From contig CM119371.1 of the NCBI GenBank assembly GCA_051294905.1, positions 38,752,001 through 38,816,000 of the forward strand: 64,000 nt of DNA, written 5' to 3'. The position numbers and the translations under genes are program-made. Of the stretch, positions 33,736 through 46,500 are shown in pieces; the first letter of the stretch is position 1; every line of letters starts with the position of its first letter. The notes beneath the pieces were generated by a model that was not told the origin of the DNA, did not search any database, and worked only from the letters and a program-made list of their open reading frames with translations. The stretch is from Botryllus schlosseri. Taxonomy: Eukaryota.

Positions 33736-36700
33736 ATCAGGCGATTGAACAAAAAATCACAGCCGCCCGATGTAATGACATTCGATATTTTCTCTTCTCC
33801 AGTTGACCGTGGTGAGTGATGGGTGACTGAATCATTGGTGCCGTAAAATCACCCTGACATAGCATTGCAGATCACGTGACGGATTGCGAATGCATAATGC
33901 AGCTATCATGATGCCACGAAATCGACGGAAGGGTAAATCAGCATGTCGTGATCAACTCTCAGCTTGCCACAAAGTGCAAGGATATAGGCCTGGTAAAAAT
34001 ACCAAAACATCCTTTTTATGACGTAGACCTGTCACTATGCTATTTATGGTAACGCAAAAGTACATGTTTCGACTTTCTGCATCTTGCAGACTGATACGAC
34101 GACATTATGGATGATACTCGAATACTTGACTCGAATCGAAGCGCAATACTCGATATTCAGGAGCGAATCACCCAGTCACTTCGTTTTGCGCAGCTCCACT
34201 CATAAGTTGTTATTGCCACATTTTACATTATGCCGTTACGAATAAAATTAGAACCAACGGATGCCGAAAAACTCATACTTGGCGCTTGTTAGAAGCAATA
34301 TCATCGCGGGGAACTGGAACGCTATGTCAAGTAATTCTTAGTCTCAGTATCGCGCGTCGAAGGAACAGTACGATGGCATTTCCAAGGCAAAGTCTCGCAT
34401 TTGTGAACTGCTTTCTGAACTGGAACAGCCGACTTCACAGTGATTGACGATAAACAGCCTATTCATTGAAATCTTTTCATTTTGTGTGAAAATCATATTT
34501 CAATGTATTTGTTCTTTTACTAAATTACTGACCACACTGCTAAGCACCCTCGACAAAAGTGTTAACCGAAAGGATTTACATCAAAATGAATATATTTGGT
34601 GAAACACTGTATACTATCACCCAAAAGAATCAAAATATTGTGAAATTTCTTCGATGCTCCTGTGGATTATATATGCATCGCCATGTCCAGCCAGAGGTAT
34701 TGGAGCTATATCTAAATCAACATAAAACAAGATTGAACAATTTATGCAAGAGCATCATTGCGTAGAATTTGCCGATCTATTGTTCCACACGAAAGATATC
34801 GTGAATATTAATTCCTTACTTACCGTAAGTCGATACTATGGATTGGTCACTATTCCCAACCACCCCATGAACCCCAGGACGCGAGATCATCTGAAAGATA
34901 ATGAGATTCGATTACCAACATCCTCGATATCGAAAATATTCTCAGCGGGCGGTAGGTGTTTCGCTTTCGCGGAATGATCAGGTCAGTGAGGCGATTTATT
35001 TCTAAATTTACGCAGTGCACGCTAGTGCATTGGTGCATACCTGCACCAATCGTTATTACCCCGGTAGTTAAGGTTGTGCCTACATCCACGTCCACTGAAC
35101 AGTTTGTATGCGAAACTATAATGCTTTTACTCTTGAAATTGTAATGTGAAATGTTGTTTTCTGATAGGTTTGCAAAACTTTCACGACTAAATTTGTCACG
35201 GCAACCGATCCAATTAGAAAGTAGATTCGGGGTGGATGTCGGTATGTGTTTCCGTACACTTGAGGAATGAAACTGCCATAAGTTTCAAAAATAGCACCTA
35301 TATATTTTAGTGTCACTAGGATACATCTTGCTATTTCAGAAGTAGCCACCTCCTGGTCACTGTTTAAAGCAGGGGTGGTCAACGTGCAGGCGTATAGCGA
35401 TAATTGTGCTGCCATCTATATATTGCCACTTCGGCCTCCTTAATTCGCTTCGCGAGATTCTGGGTGGCTTATTTATTCGATTTTAATATAGTCGCGCCCT
35501 TGCATTCTGAGACCCCTTACATATGTGGAACGCGGATAAAAATGATGCGCCCTATAAGAAAATACCAATTTCGAATCGTGCTCGTCGCATGACTGAAAGT
35601 TTTCTGGCAAGTTATAGTGATTCCAATATATATGCGATGGCGATACTGGCTATCCTGGTGGCAGGAAACGAGATAACGACATGCAACGGGTGATTAATAA
35701 CAACCCCAAGACGCATCATCATAGACACCCAATATTTTTGTTTCCATAAGCTCTACCGACAAATCCGGTCATGTAGGCTGAGAAAGGAAATATTTGGTGG
35801 TAATAAGTGCATCGTGCAATTATTACTGACGGAATTCATGCATGAAGTTGAAAACGTTTTCGCGCCAGGCGCCACTAGACTACTTTTATTGAATATTTTG
35901 TCAAAACAATACACATCAATTAGGAGCGGATTGCGGAACGATCGGGGGCTATAAATTTTGCAGTTGGCAGGCATTTGTTGGATGATCCTGCTTGTGTGAA
36001 GGGTTATCGAGGCGACGGATTACGTGTCGTTGGGAGGGTCAGTACGTTCTTTCATTTTTGTGCCTTGGAGTCGACTTTTATCGAAATGCAGCGGCCGGGG
36101 CCTTGTCAACAAGGGGAGCTCGTGTGCCATTTTGAAGTAGTGCATTGAACGCTCTTTCGTTCGAAATTTCATGCGGTTGACGTGACATTTTGTGGTACGA
36201 TTATTGATATGCGATGTTCGATTGAATTATCTTATCTGCTGGTTGCTGGCGATTGCCCCTGACTAGTGTCAGTCGAGAATGTCAGCCAAGAATGGCCGGG
36301 TTCATTTATGTGTGAATGTACAACGTTATTGAATTTTGAATTAGTATTCCAATTTTATATAGTGCGGCCCGCGGATGGATTCAAATGTTGAATGCGGCCC
36401 TCGAGGTCAAAAGTTTGCCCCCCCCCTGCTCTAGGCTATGGTGGATGTCTGATTCAAATACTAAAACGAGATAATTCTCAAAACGAGAGCGTCAAGCAAA
36501 AATGCAATTACCGCACTATAGAAATTGGCTATAATATACAGCCAGACGGGTCCTACGAATATCGTGGCCCCGAGCCAGAGACGCAACACTAATGAAATAC
36601 ACGGATGAAATAGAGCCGGTTCTTTTGTCGACAAAGAATCGGTTGCTCGAGTTTTATTATAATCGATTCGATAACTTTTAATCGGAACAGACTACGTCCG

Positions 36701-37315
36701 CGAGCTAGAATTGAAAATCGGTTATCGTTATACGATTTTGCACACTCTGGATGCGTAAGAAGGTACTGAGCAATTTCCGACTTGCATGCCGTGGTATGGT
36801 TATAGTCTCGCTAGAAAGGGTTGCTTGTCAGCGATTGGCTGTCTGAAATAGCATTGACGCCAGGTTCTCTAATATGCTTGGACGCATGTTGGTTAATTCT
36901 TTGTCGCAAACGAAGGGGTGTACGATCCAATTATTAAAAAATTAATATCATGATTAGGAAGGAGAATTTAGATTAAATGACGCTACACAGGATTTTAGTA
37001 GATTGACAGATGCACAACGTGGTGCTTTGCTTTGGGGCTTCTTAGAAAATTCGTCTTGAAAAAAAATCGTCCGACAAAAAAATGCATGATCGAAATTCCT
37101 TACCTCCAGTCATCTTTCCGATTTGAAGATAATCGGTCGGGAGCATTCGGCGGCAGAGTTTCTCATTCGAATTGATGTAAGGAATCGCGTTCTCAACATT
37201 GGATTTCTGTTGTCACGGAGGTCGTGGTGGTGAAATGGGCGCCGGTTTCGCGCGCTAGTGATATGAAAGAGTTGCCAGCACCAAAGTTGTACAAACCACC
37301 AATCTAGTTTCAACT

Positions 37316-39670
37316 ATGACGAACGGTTTTATGAGTATTTCTACTTCAAGTTCTTGTCCGTTATCAAGATTACATTACCTGACACTCTTGGATCATACCT
37401 ATACAAATATTGCTGATCAATCAATATCCCCTTTTGTTGTGGAATGTAACTTGAGTGATCACTATCCAATATTATGTCAATTTGGATCTCGTCTTAAACG
37501 CTTGAGACCAAAGTACATGCGCAGAAATCTGCACAAAATTGACCTGACCTCCTTCTACAATGACCTTGACTGCTTGGCAGATAAAACTGATGCTGTGATC
37601 CTCCATGATAACAACTTTAATGAAACATTTGATTACTTCATGAAACAAATCTCTTGTATTGTAAACAAACATGCACCTTTAAAAACTCTATCAAAGCGTC
37701 AACAAAGATTATCAAATAAACCTTGGTTATCTCTTGGCATACTGGTATCCATTAAGCACAGAAACAGACTCTACAGATCACTGAAAAATAAATGGTCAGA
37801 ATCTAGACAATTGCAATTCAAAAAATATGCCAACTTACTCTCTCAAATCAAAACGAAAGCAAAGGAACTATATTTTAAGAAACACTTTTCTAAACATCAA
37901 AATAATCCACGTGAAACATGGAGATCCGTAAATCGTATTATCAACAGAAAATCCAAATCCCAGGCACCTAACAAAATAAAAGATTTTGATTCTGATCAAA
38001 TGGTCTCTGATCAGTCCCGGATGACTGAGATCTTTAATAGTTTCTTTTCTACCATCGGCACAAAACTCTCGGAATGTTGCTCGAATGATGATGGCGATCA
38101 CCATCATATTATTGGAAAACGCCCAAGTTCATCATTCTATCTTCAACCAACGTCACCAAATGAAATCATAAGTGTTCTATCTACACTGAAAAACAATAAA
38201 GCTCAAGGTCACGACCAACTACCTGTCATTATTGTCAAACACATAGGAATTCACCTAGCAGATACCATCGCTAAATTATTCAATTTCTCATTTTCTTCAG
38301 GGATATTTCCTGATTACTTGAAGATTGCACGTGTGATACCTGTATTTAAATGTGGAGACAAAACCAACGCAAGCAACTATCGACCCATTTCGATATTGTC
38401 ACCGTTTGCCACTCTGCTTGAGAAAATATTATTTGAGAGACTTAACAGTTATCTCAATAAAATGAATCTCTTAAACTCAAATCAACATGGTTTTAGAAAT
38501 AACCACACAACCTCTCAAGCTATATTACAGGTTACCTCGAGGATATATGAGCTCATTGACTCTAAAAATGTTGCCACTGGCGTGTTTTTAGATCTGAAAA
38601 AGGCATTCGACTGTGTCAATCATTCCAAACTAGTTGACAAACTTGAATTCTATGGTATACGTGGACTTGCAAAAATGTATTTCGAATCTTACTTAAAAAA
38701 TAGGAAACAATTTGTTCATATTGGAACAACGCGTTCACAATTACTACCCATACAGACTGGTGTACCTCAGGGATCCGTTCTCGGGCCCCTGCTGTTCATA
38801 ATTTACATCAATGATATTGGTCATTTATTTGACAATGACATCACACTGTTTGCTGACGACACCAGCCTAGTTATACCCGGTAAAAATTTATCTGATGCAT
38901 TTGACAACATTAACACTAAGCTATCGACAGTGTCAAAATGGATGGCATCTAACCAACTTCAGCTCAATGCTTCCAAAACCAAAACTCTCGTATTTCATAC
39001 ACAAGTGAATCGCAGTAGAATTATAGTAAATAACGCACAACTTGATACACATAAAACTGTTAAATATCTTGGCATTATCATTGATGATAAACTCGGATGG
39101 TCTGATCATATCAACAATATAAAAACTAGAATCTCGCGTGGTGTCGGGGCTCTCTATCGCCTTAAAAATTTAATTCCTCATCAAACTCTCAGATCAGTCT
39201 ACTATGCCTTAATTCACTGCTATCTCATTTATGGGATCCTAGTTTGGGGACCTGCTGCGAAAAAACATCTGCAGAAATTGCAAGTCTTGCAAAATCGAGC
39301 CATACGAATTCTCTGTCGGAAATCTAGATATGAGAATTGTAATAGCATGTATCGTAGCGTTAGAATATTGAAAGTGGAAGACATTTTCAAATTTGAGGTA
39401 ATGAAATTCATGCATAGCTATCATCAGGGTGAACTGCCACTATATTTTGATAATCTGTTCAAGATACCTTCAGATACCCACCAACATCATACCAGATTTT
39501 CTTCTAACTTGTCTCTGTCTGTGCAACACCACTCTACCAGTCTAGTGCAAAATTCAATCAGTTTTATTGGTGTCAATGTTTGGAATAAGCTGCCACCTAA
39601 TCTCCGCAATTTAGACTCTTGTGCTTTTAAAAAACAATGTTTTCAATCTCTTATCTCTAACTGCCGCTAA
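37316..39670 (+). CDS. LINE ORF2 reverse transcriptase (endonuclease mostly missing)
   Basis: 784-aa open frame with NYRPISILS, QHGFR, FLDLKKAFDCV, GVPQGSVLGPLLF, LFADD and KYLG motifs. The first ~22 codons come from flanking DNA. Confidence 0.9.
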   Translation: MTNGFMSISTSSSCPLSRLHYLTLLDHTYTNIADQSISPFVVECNLSDHYPILCQFGSRLKRLRPKYMRRNLHKIDLTSFYNDLDCLADKTDAVILHDNNFNETFDYFMKQISCIVNKHAPLKTLSKRQQRLSNKPWLSLGILVSIKHRNRLYRSLKNKWSESRQLQFKKYANLLSQIKTKAKELYFKKHFSKHQNNPRETWRSVNRIINRKSKSQAPNKIKDFDSDQMVSDQSRMTEIFNSFFSTIGTKLSECCSNDDGDHHHIIGKRPSSSFYLQPTSPNEIISVLSTLKNNKAQGHDQLPVIIVKHIGIHLADTIAKLFNFSFSSGIFPDYLKIARVIPVFKCGDKTNASNYRPISILSPFATLLEKILFERLNSYLNKMNLLNSNQHGFRNNHTTSQAILQVTSRIYELIDSKNVATGVFLDLKKAFDCVNHSKLVDKLEFYGIRGLAKMYFESYLKNRKQFVHIGTTRSQLLPIQTGVPQGSVLGPLLFIIYINDIGHLFDNDITLFADDTSLVIPGKNLSDAFDNINTKLSTVSKWMASNQLQLNASKTKTLVFHTQVNRSRIIVNNAQLDTHKTVKYLGIIIDDKLGWSDHINNIKTRISRGVGALYRLKNLIPHQTLRSVYYALIHCYLIYGILVWGPAAKKHLQKLQVLQNRAIRILCRKSRYENCNSMYRSVRILKVEDIFKFEVMKFMHSYHQGELPLYFDNLFKIPSDTHQHHTRFSSNLSLSVQHHSTSLVQNSISFIGVNVWNKLPPNLRNLDSCAFKKQCFQSLISNCR

Positions 39671-39925
39671 ATTGTATTTGCGCTGTATTTCAAATTGGTC
39701 CATGATACTGTGTCTTATTTTCCCTTTCGTTCGTTAGTTTATTTTAATTTTTTTTTCATTAGTTATCGACTGTGAAAATTGCTCCTGTCCCGGGTGGCTC
39801 GGCTCTGAAGACTTTGTCATATCGAGCCTCCCGTCTACCTTGCATGTCGCATTTCACTGTGACATTTTTGTAGTGTTATGTTGATATGTAATGTATACGA
39901 ATAAAGATTCTCTCTCTCTCTCTCT
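37384..39925 (+). mobile_element. 5'-truncated non-LTR retrotransposon (CR1/L2-group LINE)
   Basis: Begins in the last endonuclease motifs (LLDHTYTN, SDHYPI). 3'UTR has a ggctcg...cgagcc stem-loop, AATAAA and a (CT)n tail. Flanked by ctgac at 37379-37383 and 39926-39930. Confidence 0.92.
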
Positions 39926-40131
39926 CTGACCTATCGATATCGCCTTCCGTGAGATGTCACCTAATTTTTGTCGCATCCTTTTCTATATTATCATCTTTTA
40001 CTTTTCATTCAGTGTGTATGTCTCCTCTTTACATCGCCTAGGCCAGATGTTGCTATGTGTATAGTCCCAATTTCATATTTAAGAATACTTTCATTAACAG
40101 TCATAACATTCCAATCCATATAACTATATCC

Positions 40132-41303
40132 CAGGGGCGGGCAAGTTCTCCAGTCGGCGGGCCGGATACAGGAAAATTATGTACTTGGCGGGCCAGATTG
40201 CTGAATCGATACATTATTCGCCCATTTATCTACATATACACGGAATAAAGCGTATTTAATGATTATATTTTAACGACAGCAATGTCACTTCAAAGCCATT
40301 TCTCGCCGATAACGACGAAGACAATGCAGATTTGAGAACAGCATTGTCAAACTGGCGCCACCATGTCTGCTTCTCTCTGATCAATTAACACATGAGGTGC
40401 AAAAAATGTCCTATAGTGACCGGTTTGCCGAGCTCGAAATTTGATAAAACGGGTATCAATCGAAAGCTACCGCGCTACTGATTGCGAAAATATATATTTT
40501 ATTGTGTCCGTGACCTTGGAACCCCCAAAATCAGCCTCGAATGTTGCATTACAACTGAGTGTGGTACTGTGACGCAAGCATGCCATCTGGGAGCAAGTAA
40601 GAGCAGCCCAAACCGAAATTGCTGTGCAACCGATTGAGCATTCACACTTTCACTTTCGTGCGCACTTGCTCCTGAGCTGCGCAGACGACGTGGCTGCGTC
40701 ACAATATCAAATCCCGTTACAATGAAACATTCGAGGCTAATTTTGGGGGGTTCCAGGACCACGAGCAGATAAAAAATTTATATTTTCGCAATCAGTACCG
40801 CGGTAACTTTCGATTGATACCAGTTTTACCAAATTGAATGCTCGGCAAGCCGGTCAAAAATTACCGTCAAATTGCCTTTAGCCAAATGGAAAGTGTGACG
40901 TAGACCTATTTCAGTTAGCCGTGAGATTTGCTTGTGTCCACACCATATAGGACACTATGGTGCAACCCTTAATTAAGATTTCAAGGCGTTCGATAAGCCC
41001 GGTACCCCAAATTTACCAAGATATCAATTCATTTGGGTTGAGTACATGGTAAATGCCGATAATGCATGTCTTCTCGCTTCGACGATCTTATGCGTAAGCT
41101 CTACTCTCGCACGCTGCGCACACACTTAGGCTATATAATAAGATACAGTCACTAGAATTTGACGTTTAGGCAAGAAGTGGGGAATATCGGCAGACTGAAG
41201 CCGCGGGCCACCTTATCATGTAAGACGGGAAACTGTCCGCGGGCCGGACAAAATCCCGTCGAGGACCGGATCCGGCCCGCGGGCCCTATGTTGCCCGCCC
41301 CTG
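40132..41303. mobile_element. hAT-type element containing an inner inverted-repeat element (40417-40856)
   Basis: TIRs caggggcgggcaa / ttgcccgcccctg. Perfect TSD ctatatcc. Inner arms tgaccggtttgccgagc / gctcggcaagccggtca; the inner right end recurs at about 3010-3165. Confidence 0.88.
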
Positions 41304-43079
41304 CTATATCCGATGGTATTGCTAGCATTCTGATGGTTGCGGTCTCCGATATGACGATAAGGGGCGCGCGAAACTTTTCACTATAATAAAGGGGGGGGGG
41401 GCGTGTCTAAAGAAGTTTGAGAACCACTGGCCTAGGCCAAGATGGGTGTCTGATTTCAAATACTACTCCAATTCGTTTCGGCACCTTCCTATCTTTTTAT
41501 TGTATCGCAATTTTTGTGGTGTATTGAACTGATAAAAATTGCTAATAAACCGATAAAACAAAAAAGAGTTTTAGATGCGCATTTCTAAAAGTGATCAATT
41601 CTATTTCTATAGATAGTTTCGCATTTAAAAATAATTAGCTGCCGAAAAACTGGAACAGGGGTGTCAAACACGATTTCATGTGACCCACCCATCCGACCCA
41701 CGAAGTCAATACGAGTAAATTGAAAAATGCCTGTATTATTCAGCACATTTCTAACAAATATTGAAATTTGTAGTAGGAAGTACTTCCAACAAACAATCCC
41801 TCAAGACAGAAAATGTCGAGCATGTTCATTGACCACATTGTAACCATCCAGCATACAGTGGTCTACCCACCATACAGTCGGCGACACTGATACCCAATTG
41901 CCAACCCGAGAACGCGAAAGTTTCATACTGAATAAGGTTGACAACCACTGCTGCATCAAATGATATATACTAAGATTGTACCTATTTGTAATGTCATCAT
42001 CAGGGCGACTTATTTTGACATGTCAAAGTAAATAATTTTGTCAAAATTGGAGCGTTAGGTCAACAATTTGTCAAAACTGTTCACGAAGTCAAAAAATAAT
42101 TTTACCCCTGCATTTCGTTTGTATCGTAGATTTTGCACTGTCGGTGAACTTATCATTTGATATTTTACAGCTTATAGCCTACTTTATAGGCCTACCGTTG
42201 TAGACGGCCCATTGTGTGCTAATTGTGAATCATAAACGGTCGAATGAAAAAAATAGGTTGACATGGTGTTATGGTCAACGTACCGCAATATCCTAACTCT
42301 GTGGTTCTCAACCGGTGTGCCGCGGCACACTAGTGTGCCAATTGGACTACCCCAGTGTGCCGCGAGCAAATGTGGTGAACTATGTCGAAGTATAACAAAA
42401 ATCCAAATTTTGAGTGTGTCATTGTTGGTTTTTTATTGAATTTACCCGGTCAAGACACGCGATGCACAATCCGATACAGTGAACAGATATAAGGATGTCG
42501 AGGCGACCGTAGTTACGGTATCTCAATATAGTACAGAGGTTCCCAAACGGTGGGGAATTCTCCACTGGTGGGGAATTCAATGGTTTCTGGTGGGGAATAG
42601 TAGCATTTGTTCAAAATTATATACAGGACAGTCTTGAAATTTACGGAGACACATGCGCAATAATTATCGTTACCAGTTAACTGCTCTAGAGTGTATGTAT
42701 CGAAAATTAAATTGCGTGTTGTTCACAAAACCTCATTTCAACTCTGGATGGCCAATCATAGCGTCACAAACGCATCCAGCACGACTAGTTTGATGTAAAA
42801 TAACGCTTTCGCGAAATATTGAGCCTTACTGCGGGGTTGGTATCGGTTCGCAATACGTTTCATGTTGCAGTTATAGGCAATTGTCTTGCGTGCTGGTGTG
42901 GCTGTCGTCCTGTGTAGTCAAACCGGCAAATAGCTGCTCTGTGATGACAAAAGTGTTGGGTAGTGGGGAACAGGACCGTAACTGCCGCACCTCAAACCCC
43001 CAATGAGGGGAAGAGGGGGGGTCGAGCTCGAAGGCGGCCAAAATTATTTCGTGAATCAACATATATTGTACAGAATTTA

Positions 43080-43520
43080 TGCCACTTTTTCCAGATGTTT
43101 TTGCGCTAGTGGCGCTATTTAATATTGCCGAATATCTGAATTATTGGGTAACCCTTCCCCCACGAAAATATGTAGAATTTATCGAAATGGAGACTTCGGC
43201 GTCGGCCATTACTGCGCCAAGACGCACCAAGACATATGAAGTTATGGGCCATGTAACATGCGACTCCGAGAAGTGCGCCAGAACGATCAGCAGCGAGAAG
43301 ACCTTGGCCTGGAAGGAATGCCCTTGTCGTGACCGAAAACTTCGATATATATACAATATACATACATGTTTAATTGTCTATAGCCGGCTGAATGGCAGGC
43401 GCCGAATGTTCCTGTCCTGGCGATCTGAACCCAACAGGACAAATGCCACCCCGCAGGGAAAAATTAGAAGAATTGAAAACGATTCGAAGAGCTTCTTGGA
43501 GGTACAGAACTTCAATATAT
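43080..43520. repeat. Dispersed repeat shared with about 3840-4260 and 30830-31000 (inverted)
   Basis: Near-identical conceptual translations in the ORF track (LAHFSESHVTWP.TSYVLVR; RLNG.R.MFLSW.SEP). Internal segment of non-autonomous elements. Confidence 0.7.
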
Positions 43521-46500
43521 AATTAAATAGTATATTCACATTGAAATGAGCCCGAATATTTTCGGCTGACCCTCGTCAGGGGTAATCGTCAGCAACTAGT
43601 AGAGAATTGGAAAGAACATTGTATATCAACAATCGTATCACAAAATATGACGTCACCAGCATGAAATTTCGTGAATGAGAGAGCGTTCAATGTACTATTT
43701 TTAGGTGGTACACGAACTCCTTTTGTTGAGAGAGTTTTGGTTGGTGTATTTTGATAAAAGTTGATTCCAAGGCACACAAATGGAATTGTGAATTGTGAAA
43801 TTATAGTTCTATGCGCATTTTGAGCATGCAGTATTTTGTACCAATCTGGGTGCATTTTCAACGACTCATTTGGCGTATAATTGTGCCATTACAGGACGAT
43901 GTCGGTATAGTTTGATATGGTAGCTTTATTATTCAGAGTCACGCGTTCACAAACGAACCTTAGTAGGTCCTACCATCCTTATCTAATCTTAATATCTATG
44001 ATCATATACTCGACATTTCCCAGTGCTAATAAATAGTCTGAATTTGAATCACCGAATACGTGTCACGGGTAACGGGCGATTAATTTGTTTTTGGAATTGA
44101 TCTGAATGTCAAAATTCCAATCCGTTGATAGACTAGCGATGGTCAACGCGTCTACATTTCGTTATTTACTTTTACATTTACGGCATTCTCCACATCGCTG
44201 AGTACACTACTGATTGTAGCTTTTCTGATATGAAATGGAACGTATTAGTGTTGACTTTATAAATGCTAACCTGTCTAAATCTATAGCGAGATTACAACAT
44301 TGCAATACAGAAGTTTGTAAACATCATCCAGTATATTTCTGATATTCGAAAATAGAAATATTGGTAGTGTTGATTTATTTAAAACAGAGCAGCAGGTAGC
44401 CTACACGATTGATTGTTCAAAACGAAAAGTTAGTATGACTAGTGCGAGCTGGAATGGGAGAGGCGCCCTTTCTCCCAAAGAGGTCACATTCGCTTTTAAA
44501 CTATCAGATTATGTCGATACTCCAGATACTCCAGCACTTAAATATATGTCTTCGCTATCTATTTATAGAGAAAATCCCAACGGTTGTTCTGTCCCAGTCG
44601 AAAGTCATATGCCCGATGCGCGACCGTGACAAAATTACGGAAACATTGTTTCATTTTAAAGTAGGGAAACATTTTAACTCGCTATCAATTCACATAGTGT
44701 CAAAATAGGTGGGAGAAATTATATTCGAACCAAATGTAGATTTGGCAATTTTCACTGATCAAGTTCCTATTACGGGTTTCGACTATATTAAGCACGACAG
44801 TTCGGATAAACAGCCCATAATCTCTCGGATCTGCATCGCAGTGAATATACTGTTGCTGTTTCCTTCATTTTATTGCACTAGCAATAAAATTTGTTTTGTG
44901 CCAATTCGTAAAATGTCTTGCTGCCCCGTAATGGCCATACACTGAGAACTTTCACCTTGCCGTTCATAATTTTGAAGAAATAATTGATAGACCGGAATGA
45001 AAGACAATATATATACGGAATATTTCAAGTTCGAATTGTATTATTTGACACGGTATTATCACTTGCTATGCACCATCTTATTATGAGGCGTGTATAGTGT
45101 GACCACAACAGGCGTTCGAACAAGGGAACCATTGTCCCCATTGAGCCGAATAATCTGCAAATATGTTTTCGCCTTACGATTGCATATTTTTATTCCATCC
45201 GTGGAAGCACACATTATTGCGGTTCTGGAGATTTATATAAACAAAAATTATTTAGACGACGTATAGGAGTATAATATATATGGTAAGTATTGCGAGAGAT
45301 AGGGACAAAGATTAGCGGATTAGATTACCGGAACAGCAATTCGCCAGCCCTCTTCCAAAATAACGTGGGTGTGGGGCCCCCCATTTGACGATCAACACGC
45401 ATGACACTGCCACGCGAAAGTCACACTACATTCAAATGGAGATGCACAGCGATGCGCGGAAAAATTTGCTACTACATTTTTCAATGTTCCTTCTAATTTT
45501 TGCTAGTTTCCGCAAACACGATACAATACTGCGCGGTCCCTTTGACAACAGTACGTGACACCAGAAGTTCTGCGTGCATCCAGGACAGAAACAGTACTTC
45601 ATCACCCCTCACTCCCCCCCAAAAAAACGTCGGACTCGCCCCCCTCCATAGGATAATAAACCAATCCTTTTTACCATTACCAGAGTAACACATTTCACTG
45701 TTATATGGTATATTTGGGTTTCCGTGTGGATAGTCGCGCACCGCGGCGGAATTTTCGATTTTCAAGTATTCGACAATATATTCTACTGTCACTTTTATTT
45801 TTTTAGATTTGAGAACTTAAACTTCACTCTAAAACTACTCTAAACACCTGAAAGCTCTTAAAACTTCACTCTCACATCATTTTGAAAAAATACCATGCGG
45901 TGGAAGATCAGCGTTATATCATATTGCTAGTTCATGATGATAAAACACGACCCGTTGATGATTCGTGACTGAAATTGTGATTTGGACTTGGGCACGACCG
46001 TTCGTAGAATTACTCGCATGCGGAATGACTGGGTGAGAAAATAAAAATGACTCGAGTCAAACGTTAAATCAGGAAATAACTTGTGACTCGGAACGTCGCG
46101 ACCTGGTACAACCATGGACGCTACAAACTATCAAGCTGTTATTTTGCAAACCATAAAAAAGTGGAATGTTTTCTGGGCTAATTTATTCAGATGAAAAAGA
46201 TTCTTCGTGCAACGCGCGTGTGTTGTGAATAGGTTTTTTGATTTTAAGATAGGTACCACCAAAATCGTGTTGAAAATGAACAGGGATAACGAAAGATCTT
46301 ATTGAAAGCACAAGGGTATACGATCGAAAAAAACGCTGCTATTACTATGACACAATATTCATTAAATTTTATCATTATCATCATTGGTTTAGTAGCAATT
46401 TTTATCGGTTCAATACACCCCAAATGCAATAAAATGAAAAGATAGGAAGGAGTCGAAGCGACTTGCAGTAGTCTATGGAATCATACACCCACCTTGGCCT

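Noticed and set aside
34559..34977. Overlapping short ORFs ending near a GTAAGT donor
   Set aside because: No recognisable domain, no continuous frame and no partner exons.
35370..36428. hAT-type element with CAGGGG ends
   Set aside because: TIR-like ends are present but the flanks do not form a TSD, so the ends may belong to different insertions.
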